DNA from: a virus
DNA length: 50,335 nucleotides
Strand: one strand, 5' to 3'
UHGV virus genome: UHGV-1998140
The notes under the pieces are model-generated. The model was not told where the DNA came from. It did not search any database and saw only the letters and a program-made list of their open reading frames with translations. Positions within the stretch are counted from its first letter, which is position 1. Every line of letters begins with the position of its first letter. The translations under genes and the position numbers were made by a program. This document shows, piece by piece, positions 10,631 to 19,847 of this stretch.

Positions 10631-10965
10631 GGTTTAAATCCCTGAATAAAAGTGGCTGAAAGTGAATAATTCCCGCCGCCCATCGGCACGGGCTTATATT
10701 GTTCACAACGGAATAGCCCCGCATCTTCAAGCGGCGGAGTCCACTGAAACGACTTTGTACCTGCATGCCGGTCCAGGAACTGTTTTATTGGTCGGATATA
10801 CTCCTCAGTACCGACAAAACTCAACTCCCATTCCTGGGACCGGGTATTTAATCCGTCCCCTGAAACCTGCGTATACCCGTCACCAAATTCCGCCTTTCTG
10901 GTGCGAAACTTCACGGTTTGCGCAGGGTTTACCCGGGGACTCCAAGTGAATATCTCAATGGCCAT
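10627..10965 (-). CDS. Minor tail protein M-like
   Basis: 112 aa, immediately downstream of the tape measure gene, start overlaps its stop. Confidence 0.75.
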   Translation of the reverse strand: MAIEIFTWSPRVNPAQTVKFRTRKAEFGDGYTQVSGDGLNTRSQEWELSFVGTEEYIRPIKQFLDRHAGTKSFQWTPPLEDAGLFRCEQYKPVPMGGGNYSLSATFIQGFKP

Positions 10966-13900
10966 TAGCGTTGTCCTCTTACGGCGCTCCAGATAGCGCC
11001 ACCCGGGCGCATATCCTTCGCCTGCAGCTCACGATATTTTTTCTCGACGAACGACCCAATCTGCTGGCCAAACTCTTCAAACCCTGACGTGCTGTCAGTC
11101 GAGGTTTTGTCGCCAGAAATGGTGATCCAGACTTTTGGCCCTTCAACAGACGCTGAGGGCTGGCCGGATGCTGTCGCCCGGATGCCTGAAAACTCATCCG
11201 CGGCACGCGGCGCAGGTATCATCGGAGCCGCCCCCATTCCGGTGATCCCCTCTGCGCTTGTGCTGAAACCTGTTCCGACAAGACTTTGAATCGTGGTCAG
11301 AAGTGACTGTGTCGCCATATCAATCAGCCCCTTAATGACCGACAGGGCCGGGCCGGAGGACTGTTCACCAATGGCACGGACGCCCAGCGAACCATCAGTC
11401 CCTCGGGTCAGTGGCATAATGGCCTCTGGACCAGCCTCACCAAATACCCCCGCGCCTTTGGCAAAGGCGAAGAGCTGCGGGGTGTCGTGGATCTGGTTGC
11501 TGTAGGCACTTAATGAAGGGGAATCGTAGACGCCACCTTTTGCGTTGAATTCCACCGTGGCTGCAGCGGCTTCATACGAACCGGACGGCGTATTTCCACC
11601 TCCTGCCGCACCTGCACTTCCTCCGATCGCACCGCCAAAAGCAGAACCGACCATGCCAAAAATACTCTGCAGTGCACTGGAAAGCGCGATACGCGTGGCA
11701 ATTTGCGCCAAATCTGAAAGGATTGAAATAGTAAAGCTTTTGAAGCTTCCTTTACCGGTTATGGCAAAGGAAGCGAGGGAGCTTGCCATGCTGTCAAAGG
11801 CACTCGTGGTAAAGCTGGCTATCTGGCTGTTTGCATCCCGCGCATTATCTGTCCAGTTCTTCGCCCCACGCCTGAATCCCGCGCTGTAATCCTGTTCTGC
11901 TCTCAGACGATCCTGCACGCTTTGCTCGGTAATCTGCAGTTCCTGCTGCTTTATCCGCTCCAGATCGGCCAGACGGGCCTGATATTCAGCCGATGTGGTA
12001 TCGATAAAATCTTTCTCCAGCGCAATGCGCCGCTGATTAAAGCGGTTAATAATGGCGTTACGGGCTTCTGCGTCGCTAGCTTCCTGTTCGGAAAGGTTGT
12101 ACTTCTCCAGATTCAGAGCAGCTTCGCGCTGCATAGCCTGAGCCTCTTCAGCCCACTTACGGCTTTCAGCCTGATATTTCAGCGAGGTTTTTCGCAAGAC
12201 GGCTTCTTTTTCAAGCTGAATATTCGACTGCAGTTGCGCCCGGATCTGGTCCTGCATATTCACCAGGCTTTGCTGGCTTTTGGTCAGGTTTTCACCCTTC
12301 AGCCCGGAGAGTTTTTCATTAAAGGCGACCAGCTGTCGTTCGGATTCTGTCAACGTATCAGTGGTCTGCGCCTGTTCTTTCAGTACTGCGTTTCGTTGCA
12401 GTGCCTGCTCCAGCATTCGCTGCCCTTCAGTCTCGCCGCTACCAGACTTTTTGGGTTTATCTTTCTTCGTGGCCTTGTCGTATTCATCATTAATCCCTTT
12501 CAGGATCCGCTGATACTCCTGCGAGCCGGATGCGTAAATGCTGTTATTGAGTTTTTTTATCGCTGCAGCACGCTTTTCTGCTGCGGTACTCCCGGCATCC
12601 ATGTAGCTCTTCAGCCCGGCAGCGTTTTTTATACGGTCACTTTGTGCCTCGGCGTATCCTGCTTTGCTTGTAGCGATAAAGCGGCGTGTCTTTTCGTCAA
12701 ACTCTTTCTGGTCTTTAGTGAGGAGATCGGTCAAAGCAATGGTTTCACCAAGACTTCCGAGTATCCCCCACTCACGCCCAAGATTTTTTAACTTATCAAG
12801 ATAAGTTTCCGCGTGTGCCGCCAGCTCTTTCAGTTTAAAGCTTTCCGCATCAAGAGCTTGTTCCATGATGAGCTGCGTTGCTTTCGCTGTTTCCCCTTTA
12901 TTCGTCAGGCTGATAACCTGTGCGACAATGGATTCATTCAGCGAAATGCCCTGGGCTGTCAGCTGGGCCATCGCATTAAGCGGGTCTCCCTTCAGGGCAG
13001 ATATTTTGCTGACCAGATCCTCAGCGTTCCCACCGGCTTCAGCGTAGGCTGTCGCAATAAATGCAACTTCATGCAGCAATGCACCACTGAAACCACCGTT
13101 TGCCGCAGCGACCACAGCAGAAAGGGAATGTTCTGTACCACCAAGCTGAGCATTGAGGCTTCTCAGTTCAGTGAGAGATAACTGAGCTGACGTTCTCGTT
13201 CCGAGTAGCGCCGCATTCAGTTTTTTTGTTTGCTCCTCGGATTTTTTAAACTCGCTGTAAATCATTGAGCCACCGGCAGCAAGCACCGACAGGCCAATAC
13301 CAACAGGTCCACCCAGCAGACTCATCGCCGAACTAAGCGCCCGGCTGCTGGTCGCTGCAATACGCTGGGTCACAGTAAGCTGGGTATTTGCCGCAGCAGC
13401 AGCTTCTGTTGCTGCTGTTAGTGCCGCCTTTCCACCTGTTTCGGCGGCATCAGCGGTCACAACAACCGCTTTGGCGGCTTTTAATTTTTCAAGCCCGCTG
13501 GCCTCAAGACGGTTCGCTTCAATGATCGCCCGCTCATTCTTCAGGTGTTCATCCTGATAGCTGACATTCAGCCCGTACAGCTTATTAACTTCGGTTTGTT
13601 TCGCGTAATACTCGTCCAGCGCAATCGCCTGCTCACGCTGGGCCTGCGCTGCCGCTATCGTCTTTTCAGCGATAGCAGCTTTATTCAGCGCAGACTGCCT
13701 TTCGGCCTGTGCCGCCGCAATTTGTGCCTTTGCCGCCGACTCCAGTTCGGCAGCTGCCTGACGGGCTGCATCCTGCTGTGTCTTCCAGCCTCCTGCCGAA
13801 CTGTCAAGTCGCCCCTTTAAGGTATGAACGGCGGGGATAAGTGCATTAATTATGCTGCTGCTGGCGACATTACTCCCGGCTGCAACTTCATGAAGCACGA

Positions 13901-14147
13901 AGTTCAGTTGGCCAGCACCTCGGGTGGCACCGGCAAACTGATCATCATTAGCACCCTGCACGCCGATTTTTTTTGCGGCCTCGACGGTTTTGGCTATCGC
14001 TGTTGTCAGCTCGTTAGCCTGTGCTGTCGCCTGCTGATTAAATTTTTTACTGGCCTGCCCTGCGTTCTGATATGCCTCGGTAATTTGCGACCGGAATGCA
14101 GCTGAATTCAGATGCAGGGCAACCGATAAGCTGGCTACATCACTCAT
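10965..14147 (-). CDS. Tail tape measure protein
   Basis: 1060 aa, Ala/Gln-rich coiled-coil composition with Gly-rich central region; follows G/G-T chaperone pair. Confidence 0.9.
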   Translation of the reverse strand: MSDVASLSVALHLNSAAFRSQITEAYQNAGQASKKFNQQATAQANELTTAIAKTVEAAKKIGVQGANDDQFAGATRGAGQLNFVLHEVAAGSNVASSSIINALIPAVHTLKGRLDSSAGGWKTQQDAARQAAAELESAAKAQIAAAQAERQSALNKAAIAEKTIAAAQAQREQAIALDEYYAKQTEVNKLYGLNVSYQDEHLKNERAIIEANRLEASGLEKLKAAKAVVVTADAAETGGKAALTAATEAAAAANTQLTVTQRIAATSSRALSSAMSLLGGPVGIGLSVLAAGGSMIYSEFKKSEEQTKKLNAALLGTRTSAQLSLTELRSLNAQLGGTEHSLSAVVAAANGGFSGALLHEVAFIATAYAEAGGNAEDLVSKISALKGDPLNAMAQLTAQGISLNESIVAQVISLTNKGETAKATQLIMEQALDAESFKLKELAAHAETYLDKLKNLGREWGILGSLGETIALTDLLTKDQKEFDEKTRRFIATSKAGYAEAQSDRIKNAAGLKSYMDAGSTAAEKRAAAIKKLNNSIYASGSQEYQRILKGINDEYDKATKKDKPKKSGSGETEGQRMLEQALQRNAVLKEQAQTTDTLTESERQLVAFNEKLSGLKGENLTKSQQSLVNMQDQIRAQLQSNIQLEKEAVLRKTSLKYQAESRKWAEEAQAMQREAALNLEKYNLSEQEASDAEARNAIINRFNQRRIALEKDFIDTTSAEYQARLADLERIKQQELQITEQSVQDRLRAEQDYSAGFRRGAKNWTDNARDANSQIASFTTSAFDSMASSLASFAITGKGSFKSFTISILSDLAQIATRIALSSALQSIFGMVGSAFGGAIGGSAGAAGGGNTPSGSYEAAAATVEFNAKGGVYDSPSLSAYSNQIHDTPQLFAFAKGAGVFGEAGPEAIMPLTRGTDGSLGVRAIGEQSSGPALSVIKGLIDMATQSLLTTIQSLVGTGFSTSAEGITGMGAAPMIPAPRAADEFSGIRATASGQPSASVEGPKVWITISGDKTSTDSTSGFEEFGQQIGSFVEKKYRELQAKDMRPGGAIWSAVRGQR

Positions 14148-14374
14148 TGTCCTAGAATCCTCATAACATCAGCACACTGCTGGTCAGCAAGAGAAGGGGA
14201 ATGGCTGGCAGTGGTTTCTTGAGCGGACAGATGAACAGCTTCACCACCGCTCAGGGAGAACCAGGCCTGCCAGTAAAGAAGAATATCTGCAGGAAGACTG
14301 GCAATTTTTCGTGGGTCATACTCCCCCATGCGGGCGGCAAGCGAAAAAACCGCCATAAGCCAGGGGGAGTTCAT
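14144..14374 (-). CDS. Tail assembly chaperone T segment (expressed as G-T fusion by -1 frameshift)
   Basis: 76-aa ORF in -1 frame relative to G; its ATG overlaps the G stop (TAATG); slippery heptamer immediately upstream. Confidence 0.7.
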   Translation of the reverse strand: MNSPWLMAVFSLAARMGEYDPRKIASLPADILLYWQAWFSLSGGEAVHLSAQETTASHSPSLADQQCADVMRILGQ

Positions 14375-14718
14375 TAGTTTTTTTGTGCTTCCTCCAGCGT
14401 ACCGTAGCTAAAACGCTGGACCTTGCTCATCGCCTCGGTTATCGATGCATAGGAGCGTGATTTCATCAGTTCCAGCGGAGAAGGCAGGTTCTGCAGGGGA
14501 AGGCCATTTTCGTCGACCAGAGCGCTCAGTACCAGCCCTGCAGCTTCCAGCATCAGCCCTCGCGTATTATCGGGACCGGTCAGCTGTGATGCTTTATCTT
14601 CAAACTCTGACATTTCAAAGGCGGTAAGACGTCTGATATGGAATTCGCTGCCAAACAATTGGACAGGAACTGCATCACTGTCAGGGGCCAGAAGGCGGGA
14701 TTTAACGTCATCTTTCAT
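14374..14718 (-). CDS. Tail assembly chaperone G-like
   Basis: 114 aa, acidic, between major tail protein and tape measure gene, ends in frameshift site. Confidence 0.75.
   Translation of the reverse strand: MKDDVKSRLLAPDSDAVPVQLFGSEFHIRRLTAFEMSEFEDKASQLTGPDNTRGLMLEAAGLVLSALVDENGLPLQNLPSPLELMKSRSYASITEAMSKVQRFSYGTLEEAQKN
14377..14383 (-). promoter_or_regulatory. Programmed -1 ribosomal frameshift slippery site A_AAA_AAC
   Basis: Last codons of G read GCA CAA AAA AAC TAA; heptamer fits X_XXY_YYZ in the G frame; -1 slip reads through into the T ORF. Confidence 0.6.
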
Positions 14719-14730
14719 TGGTTACTCTCC

Positions 14731-14760
14731 ATAAAATAGCCACCCGGACCGGAGGTGGCT
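14731..14760 (-). terminator. Terminator-like hairpin downstream of major tail protein gene
   Basis: AGCCACC-9 nt loop-GGTGGCT stem followed by U-rich AUUUUAU on the minus strand. Confidence 0.4.
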
Positions 14761-14781
14761 GTCACTTCAATAATGATGTGG

Positions 14782-15240
14782 TTATGCCCCGCTGCTGTTG
14801 GCAGTGCCCCAGGTGATTTTGTTCTGCTTTCCCTGCACGGTGATCTGAATGACCTCACTCGCCGGAGCGGTGATTTCGTTCATCTGCCAGCCGGACAGCG
14901 CCAGCAACATCGTCGCCGTCCGCTTGTTCGGTAGTTCAACATACAGCTGGATAGTTTCTCGGGCTTCCGCTGCGTTAAGCAGAGCGGCAAAATCCGTATT
15001 GCTCGGATCATCAATAAAACCCAGCGACTTTTCAGGCCCGTCAGGCAGATCACTGATGGATTGTTTCTGCTTATCAAGCAGCGTAGTGCAGTCGACAAAA
15101 CCTCCCGTCTGCCCCATTGCGCCCAGCGCTTTACAGTTAACCAGCGGCTTCAGAGCCGATGCTGCAGCGCCGGGTTCCCCGTATTTTACGATGGTGCCAG
15201 CAGGCAACATCGCATATTCAGGCGAACTCTTATCAGCCAT
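14782..15240 (-). CDS. Major tail (tube) protein
   Basis: 152 aa, directly upstream of G/G-T, flanked by hairpins. Confidence 0.7.
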   Translation of the reverse strand: MADKSSPEYAMLPAGTIVKYGEPGAAASALKPLVNCKALGAMGQTGGFVDCTTLLDKQKQSISDLPDGPEKSLGFIDDPSNTDFAALLNAAEARETIQLYVELPNKRTATMLLALSGWQMNEITAPASEVIQITVQGKQNKITWGTANSSGA

Positions 15241-15275
15241 AATTTTCTCTCTTTTTTATGAATGGGTAGCTAACG

Positions 15276-15680
15276 CTACCTGTTTTGAATGCCGTTGCGG
15301 ATTTCGACCGCTAGGACGCGCAGAACCTTCTGGACATTGTGATCCAGCGCCGGTCGGATAAACGGTTGAGCCACTTGTTTAACGGTGCCAACCTCCTGCG
15401 CCAGTGCTTTCATATGATGCTTTTTACTCGGTCCAACCCGGAGGGTGACAACGGTACTTCGGTACTTCGCTGTTCCCTTCCTTGAGCTGATTTTTATACT
15501 GTCCCGCATATGAGGGCCGGGGCTTTCTTTGTCAAAGCCGGCATGCTGCTTCATATCCTCCTGGACAACCTTTAACGCCTCACGACCGGCATCCCGTAAC
15601 ACCTTCGTCGCGACCTTTTCCCCCAAAGCGGTTAACTGCCGTTCCAGCTCATCCAGCCCTTTCACCTCCATTCGGATCAT
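15276..15680 (-). CDS. Tail component, HK97 gp10-like
   Basis: 134 aa, N-terminus MIRMEVKGLDELERQL typical of HK97 gp10-family proteins; synteny. Confidence 0.65.
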   Translation of the reverse strand: MIRMEVKGLDELERQLTALGEKVATKVLRDAGREALKVVQEDMKQHAGFDKESPGPHMRDSIKISSRKGTAKYRSTVVTLRVGPSKKHHMKALAQEVGTVKQVAQPFIRPALDHNVQKVLRVLAVEIRNGIQNR

Positions 15681-16066
15681 GAAGAGTCCTCCACGTAGTG
15701 AATGATGAAATCACGAATCAGGCGGTACTGGATGCTGCGGTTCGTCAGCGTCGTTTTATCCTGTTGGATACCACCACGCTCCACATACTGAACCGGGATA
15801 CCCTCAAGCTGGCCGTGAACGATTGACTTCCATTCCGACCAGATTTTTTTATCAAGTAGCAGCAGTGAGGTGTAATCATCAACGCGGTACAGGTTCACCT
15901 GGATACGGGCAGATACGATCCCCGTCCGTAATGTTCCCGAGACCATTTCCGGGTCAGAGATACGCTGAAAGGTCACTCCTTCCTGGACCGTGTCCGGCAG
16001 TAAAAGCGGGTACGCATCCATGCCGGTGATGCGCTCCAGCGCGGTTTTAATCGCCAGTTCTATCAT
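15677..16066 (-). CDS. Head-tail joining / tail completion protein (hypothetical)
   Basis: ATG at 16066 (MIELAIKTALERITGM) chosen inside the 203-aa track ORF so that overlap with the upstream gene is 20 nt. Confidence 0.5.
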   Translation of the reverse strand: MIELAIKTALERITGMDAYPLLLPDTVQEGVTFQRISDPEMVSGTLRTGIVSARIQVNLYRVDDYTSLLLLDKKIWSEWKSIVHGQLEGIPVQYVERGGIQQDKTTLTNRSIQYRLIRDFIIHYVEDSS

Positions 16067-16385
16067 GGCGCCCGTCAGCCTCCCCCGTAATGATGATCCG
16101 GTCAGTTTTACGGTCGATATTCCGGACTGTATAAACCAAGTCTTTTGTCGTGATTTTCCAGTCGATATCGACCACCACGCCCGGATAGACGGTAAACAGG
16201 CAGGTTTCCACCACTTGCTGTTGGTCCATCGTGCGGACTTTTCTTCCCGATACCAGCTCCCGCTTTGCCCAGGCCTTTCCCGATTCAACTAACTTTTCCG
16301 GCAGCGGTTCACCCAACGGCCCACGACCGGATTGCATATAGCCAATCACAATGCGGCAGGTCATTTCTTCCGGTTTAAGACTCAT
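16047..16385 (-). CDS. Head-tail adaptor / head closure protein
   Basis: 112 aa, synteny between connector-like gene and tail genes. Confidence 0.55.
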   Translation of the reverse strand: MSLKPEEMTCRIVIGYMQSGRGPLGEPLPEKLVESGKAWAKRELVSGRKVRTMDQQQVVETCLFTVYPGVVVDIDWKITTKDLVYTVRNIDRKTDRIIITGEADGRHDRTGD

Positions 16386-16702
16386 AGCGTGTCCTTTAAA
16401 GGGAAAAGAAGACTACTTACCGACAACGTTTCCAGCCACTGGCCCCTGAATCCATTCAGATACGCATCGCCGACCAGATACTGCACGGCCAGCCTGATAT
16501 CCTCATCTGCCACGAATCCACGGACGGTATCAGGGAGCGCTTGCAGCTCCTCATCACTGGTGACCAGCTTGCAGTTGTAATCACGCTCGATGCTTCGCTG
16601 TGCGGCGTTAACCATTCTCGTGAGCATGGCGTCGTGCTCAGTGAAATCCAGCTCCAGGCGAAGCTGGGTTTTCACATCATCCAATGTCAGTATCAAAATC
16701 AC
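16382..16702 (-). CDS. Head-tail connector protein (gp6-like)
   Basis: Proposed GTG start at 16702 with GGGAG upstream; N-terminus then reads ILILTLDDVKTQLRL; track ATG at 16795 would overlap the upstream gene by 119 nt. Confidence 0.55.
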   Translation of the reverse strand: MILILTLDDVKTQLRLELDFTEHDAMLTRMVNAAQRSIERDYNCKLVTSDEELQALPDTVRGFVADEDIRLAVQYLVGDAYLNGFRGQWLETLSVSSLLFPLKDTL

Positions 16703-16961
16703 TTTCTCCCTTGCGGGGGGCCATCGCTTTCTTTGCGTCTTCCGGCCATACCGCAATATGACGTTCGACCAGCTCTTCAGCATGGACTGCATCAAAGCAG
16801 GCCGTATCGCCGCGCGAATATCGATGATGAGGGCCTAAGAAAACGACGGCCTTACGCCCCGAAGTGTTCGCTCCGACCACAATTTGGTCAGCAGTGTTTT
16901 CTGAACCTTCGACATCAGAACCGTCTTCGGTCGCCGCTGGTTTAGTCGCTTTACCTGCCAT
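16677..16961 (-). CDS. Hypothetical small head-module protein
   Basis: 94 aa, strong RBS AGGAG 8 nt upstream of ATG, immediately after the capsid-gene terminator. Confidence 0.55.
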   Translation of the reverse strand: MAGKATKPAATEDGSDVEGSENTADQIVVGANTSGRKAVVFLGPHHRYSRGDTACFDAVHAEELVERHIAVWPEDAKKAMAPRKGESDFDTDIG

Positions 16962-16977
16962 GTTATTTCTCCTGGAA

Positions 16978-17048
16978 TAGAAAAAGCCCGCTGTTGCGGG
17001 CCAGAGGTGGTTGAATGTTTTCTTCTGTGCGACCGTGGTCGCACAGAA
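16978..17048 (-). terminator. Tandem hairpins / rho-independent terminator downstream of major capsid gene
   Basis: 11-bp perfect stem TTCTGTGCGAC/GTCGCACAGAA (17023-17048) followed by GCCCGC-tgtt-GCGGGC (16986-17001) and a U-tract on the minus strand. Confidence 0.55.
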
Positions 17049-17059
17049 TACCGGGTCGG

Positions 17060-18352
17060 TTAAAACAGCACTTTAGTCCCGAGTACAAGCCCTTCAGGAT
17101 GGCGGAAGCCAATGTCGTGTTCAGTAATAACTCGGATCAGAGACTGGTTGCGGGAGAACGCTGACACCAGATTGCCATCGGCGTCGATATAAGAGGCCTC
17201 TTTCGAGAAATCGACCTTCATATTGCCGTCTTCACCAATAACCACGTCATTGAAGTCGGCAAAGTAGATCTCGGACTCCTTACCGCCGGTACCCAGATTG
17301 GCAGGAATAGCGCTGGTACGCTGAATCGGGTAGCCCTTCAGCATGCTCTGTGGCCCCTGGGACATTTCCGGATAGACTTTGTTACCGTTGCCATCACGCA
17401 GGCCGTACAGCTTCATGTAAGTACGGTTAGACATGCCCCAGCCGCAGCTGATCATGTTGCTGTTACCGTCCATTGCCATCAGGATGATCTTATCGAGATA
17501 CTCATCAATCGTGTTCAGATTGATTTCAGCAGCTTCCCACGGCAGCAGGCGGTTCCATTCGGTTGCCCGCGCCTTCATACCCGTCGGCGTATCGCCGGTA
17601 CCGTCATCACGCATGAACGCCTTATCTTCGCGAACAGAAATGGCGGTCAGAATATCTTGCAGGACCAGTTGCTCAACGTTAAACCCGGCACGCCCAATCA
17701 GCTGGTTAGAGATTGGCACCATCGCAATCATGGTTTTTGCCGTCAGTTTCACATCATCAAAGCGCGCTTCCGACACTTTGGCATCTTTGTTTTCGCCGGT
17801 ATAACTTGCCGTTGCACCACCGGCCAGGCGCGGCAGCGCCATATTGCCATTAGGCAACGGAATGGAGCGGGCACCCAGCTTACGGATGATGGTACGGTCA
17901 CGCAGTAGCTCAATCACTTCGCTGTGCAGGTTCTGCGGGATGAGAACTCCGCCAGATGATGCGGCAGTGGAGATGGCCATCGATACAGATGGGTCATTCA
18001 GTTCTTCTGCGGCAAACGTTGCCGCGTCCTGCAGATTGCCCGCCCCCGCTGCAACGGCCATGACAAGACGAGTCATCCCGGCACCGGTATATTGCTTCGG
18101 CTCCTGCTTCACAACAATGCCCGGAGCCTGCTGTGTAGCTTTAACCGGTTTCGCAACCACCGCTGCGGCACGTTCAGCAGCTTCCAGTCGTTCCATTTTG
18201 GCGCTGATATCGCTGAACTGCTGCTGCAGACCAGCAAACTCTGTCAGCTGCTCCGCTGTCAGCGTACCGCCATTCGCTTCAATCGTGGCCAGTGCCTGGA
18301 CTTGTTCGTTAATACCCGCACGCTGACGACGCAATTCTTCAATCTGTGGCAT
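17060..18352 (-). CDS. Major capsid protein, HK97 family
   Basis: 430 aa with N-terminal coiled-coil delta-like region; position after prohead protease. Confidence 0.9.
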   Translation of the reverse strand: MPQIEELRRQRAGINEQVQALATIEANGGTLTAEQLTEFAGLQQQFSDISAKMERLEAAERAAAVVAKPVKATQQAPGIVVKQEPKQYTGAGMTRLVMAVAAGAGNLQDAATFAAEELNDPSVSMAISTAASSGGVLIPQNLHSEVIELLRDRTIIRKLGARSIPLPNGNMALPRLAGGATASYTGENKDAKVSEARFDDVKLTAKTMIAMVPISNQLIGRAGFNVEQLVLQDILTAISVREDKAFMRDDGTGDTPTGMKARATEWNRLLPWEAAEINLNTIDEYLDKIILMAMDGNSNMISCGWGMSNRTYMKLYGLRDGNGNKVYPEMSQGPQSMLKGYPIQRTSAIPANLGTGGKESEIYFADFNDVVIGEDGNMKVDFSKEASYIDADGNLVSAFSRNQSLIRVITEHDIGFRHPEGLVLGTKVLF

Positions 18353-18374
18353 TTTATTTCTCTCTTTTTAGGTA

Positions 18375-18398
18375 TAAAAAAAGCAGCCCGGAGGCTGC
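18375..18398 (-). terminator. Terminator-like hairpin between protease and capsid genes
   Basis: GCAGCC-cgga-GGCTGC stem followed by 8-U tract on minus strand. Confidence 0.45.
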
Positions 18399-18426
18399 TT
18401 TCTGGTGGTGACGCGCTTGCGTCGGG

Positions 18427-19347
18427 TTACATTCTGGTTTGCAGGTCCATCGCTGCCGCCTGCAGCTTGATGGAACCGGCTTTTTGAGGCGTTTTGTACT
18501 TCGCCGCAATAGCATTGATCGCCGACTGAGGGTCTGAAACTTCATCGGCCAGACCGGCAGAAATAGCACTGGCACCGAAAAAAGTCCCTGCCTGTGTGCC
18601 AATAACGGCCTGTAAATCTAAATCTCGATATTCAGCAACCGAAGTCGTGAATGTCTGGTACATATCGTCAAGTATCTTGTCGTACATTGCGAGAGAGGCT
18701 TCACTCAGTGGCTCATGAGAAGTACCGTTATTTTTGTTATCTCCACGATACATGGAGGTAAATTTTACACCGATATTCTCTTCCATTTTCGATGTATCCA
18801 GGTGTTCCATTATCACCCCGATAGACCCCACGCCGCTGGTCTGGCTAATAACGATTTTATTGCAGGCAGAGGCAATAAAATAAGCCGCTGAAAACGCGTT
18901 GAAGTTAACAATCGCGGTAATGGATTTCGTCTCTCGCGACTGATAGATGTAATCTGCCAGTTCTTTACACCCGGAGGCGTAACCCCCACCGGAATTTATA
19001 TCCAGCACGATTTCGCTGATGGATGAATCGTTTAACGCCGCGTGCAACTGACTGCGAATACGCTCATAGCTGGTTAGCTCCGTACAGGCTTGCGTTATTT
19101 GTCCCCGACGCGGCACCAGTAATCCATGTACAGGAATAACAGCCACGCCACCGGCTGGCTGGACCTGCTCAGGAGTCGGGGTGCCATCCGGATTGAGTGC
19201 CATCGTGAAAACCGGGTCCGTCACTGTTCCCTGAATGCGCGGGAGCAACACGGCCTTTACGGCATCCATCGTTTGCTGCGTGACGTAATGCGGGACGCCA
19301 AACACTTGGGCGGTAAGATGCGGCAGATTTAGGTTTGTGATATTCAT
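18427..19347 (-). CDS. Prohead maturation protease (S49/ClpP-like)
   Basis: 306 aa between portal and capsid genes; serine-protease-like core. Confidence 0.8.
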   Translation of the reverse strand: MNITNLNLPHLTAQVFGVPHYVTQQTMDAVKAVLLPRIQGTVTDPVFTMALNPDGTPTPEQVQPAGGVAVIPVHGLLVPRRGQITQACTELTSYERIRSQLHAALNDSSISEIVLDINSGGGYASGCKELADYIYQSRETKSITAIVNFNAFSAAYFIASACNKIVISQTSGVGSIGVIMEHLDTSKMEENIGVKFTSMYRGDNKNNGTSHEPLSEASLAMYDKILDDMYQTFTTSVAEYRDLDLQAVIGTQAGTFFGASAISAGLADEVSDPQSAINAIAAKYKTPQKAGSIKLQAAAMDLQTRM

Positions 19348-19360
19348 GAGTTTTGCCTAT

Positions 19361-19384
19361 AAAAAAACCCGCTTTCGCGGGTTT
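19361..19384 (-). terminator. Rho-independent terminator after moron gene
   Basis: AAACCCGC-gaaa-GCGGGTTT stem followed by 7 U on minus strand, 24 nt after the stop at 19408. Confidence 0.6.
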
Positions 19385-19407
19385 AATAGATATCGGAGGT
19401 GAGGCGC

Positions 19408-19755
19408 TTATTCTATAGAGGTAGATTGTCGTCCTGTGAGAGTGAACTCTACATTCACATCGTCGAAGCCCCTCGAATCTTTCCTGGGATAGTCCATTTC
19501 TTTGCAAAACATTTTGAAGCCAAGCTGAGCAAAGTTTTTTTCCTGTTCTGCTGGAAAATATTCGGAGAAAGATACAGCAAGGCACTCGTGATTTTTGAAC
19601 TTCGTCCGCTCGACGGGCCATCCTACACTCTTGCAACGCCGGGTGAGATCTTCTTCATCGGCACCCAGCAGAAATACTCTAAATGCCACCTGGCTGTATG
19701 TTCTAATACTGCCAGTCGGCTTCATTGGCTGATTAGGATCATAATTTGAGAACAT
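19408..19755 (-). CDS. Hypothetical protein (moron between portal and protease)
   Basis: 115 aa, AT-richer than neighbours, own downstream terminator, no recognisable motif. Confidence 0.5.
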   Translation of the reverse strand: MFSNYDPNQPMKPTGSIRTYSQVAFRVFLLGADEEDLTRRCKSVGWPVERTKFKNHECLAVSFSEYFPAEQEKNFAQLGFKMFCKEMDYPRKDSRGFDDVNVEFTLTGRQSTSIE

Positions 19756-19847
19756 TTTTGCACCTGAAATGGCCTATGAATTATGCAGGTATATTATCAC
19801 TAAAATTGATGAAAGGGTGCCTGTAGCCAGCAAGACAACCACCTTAA

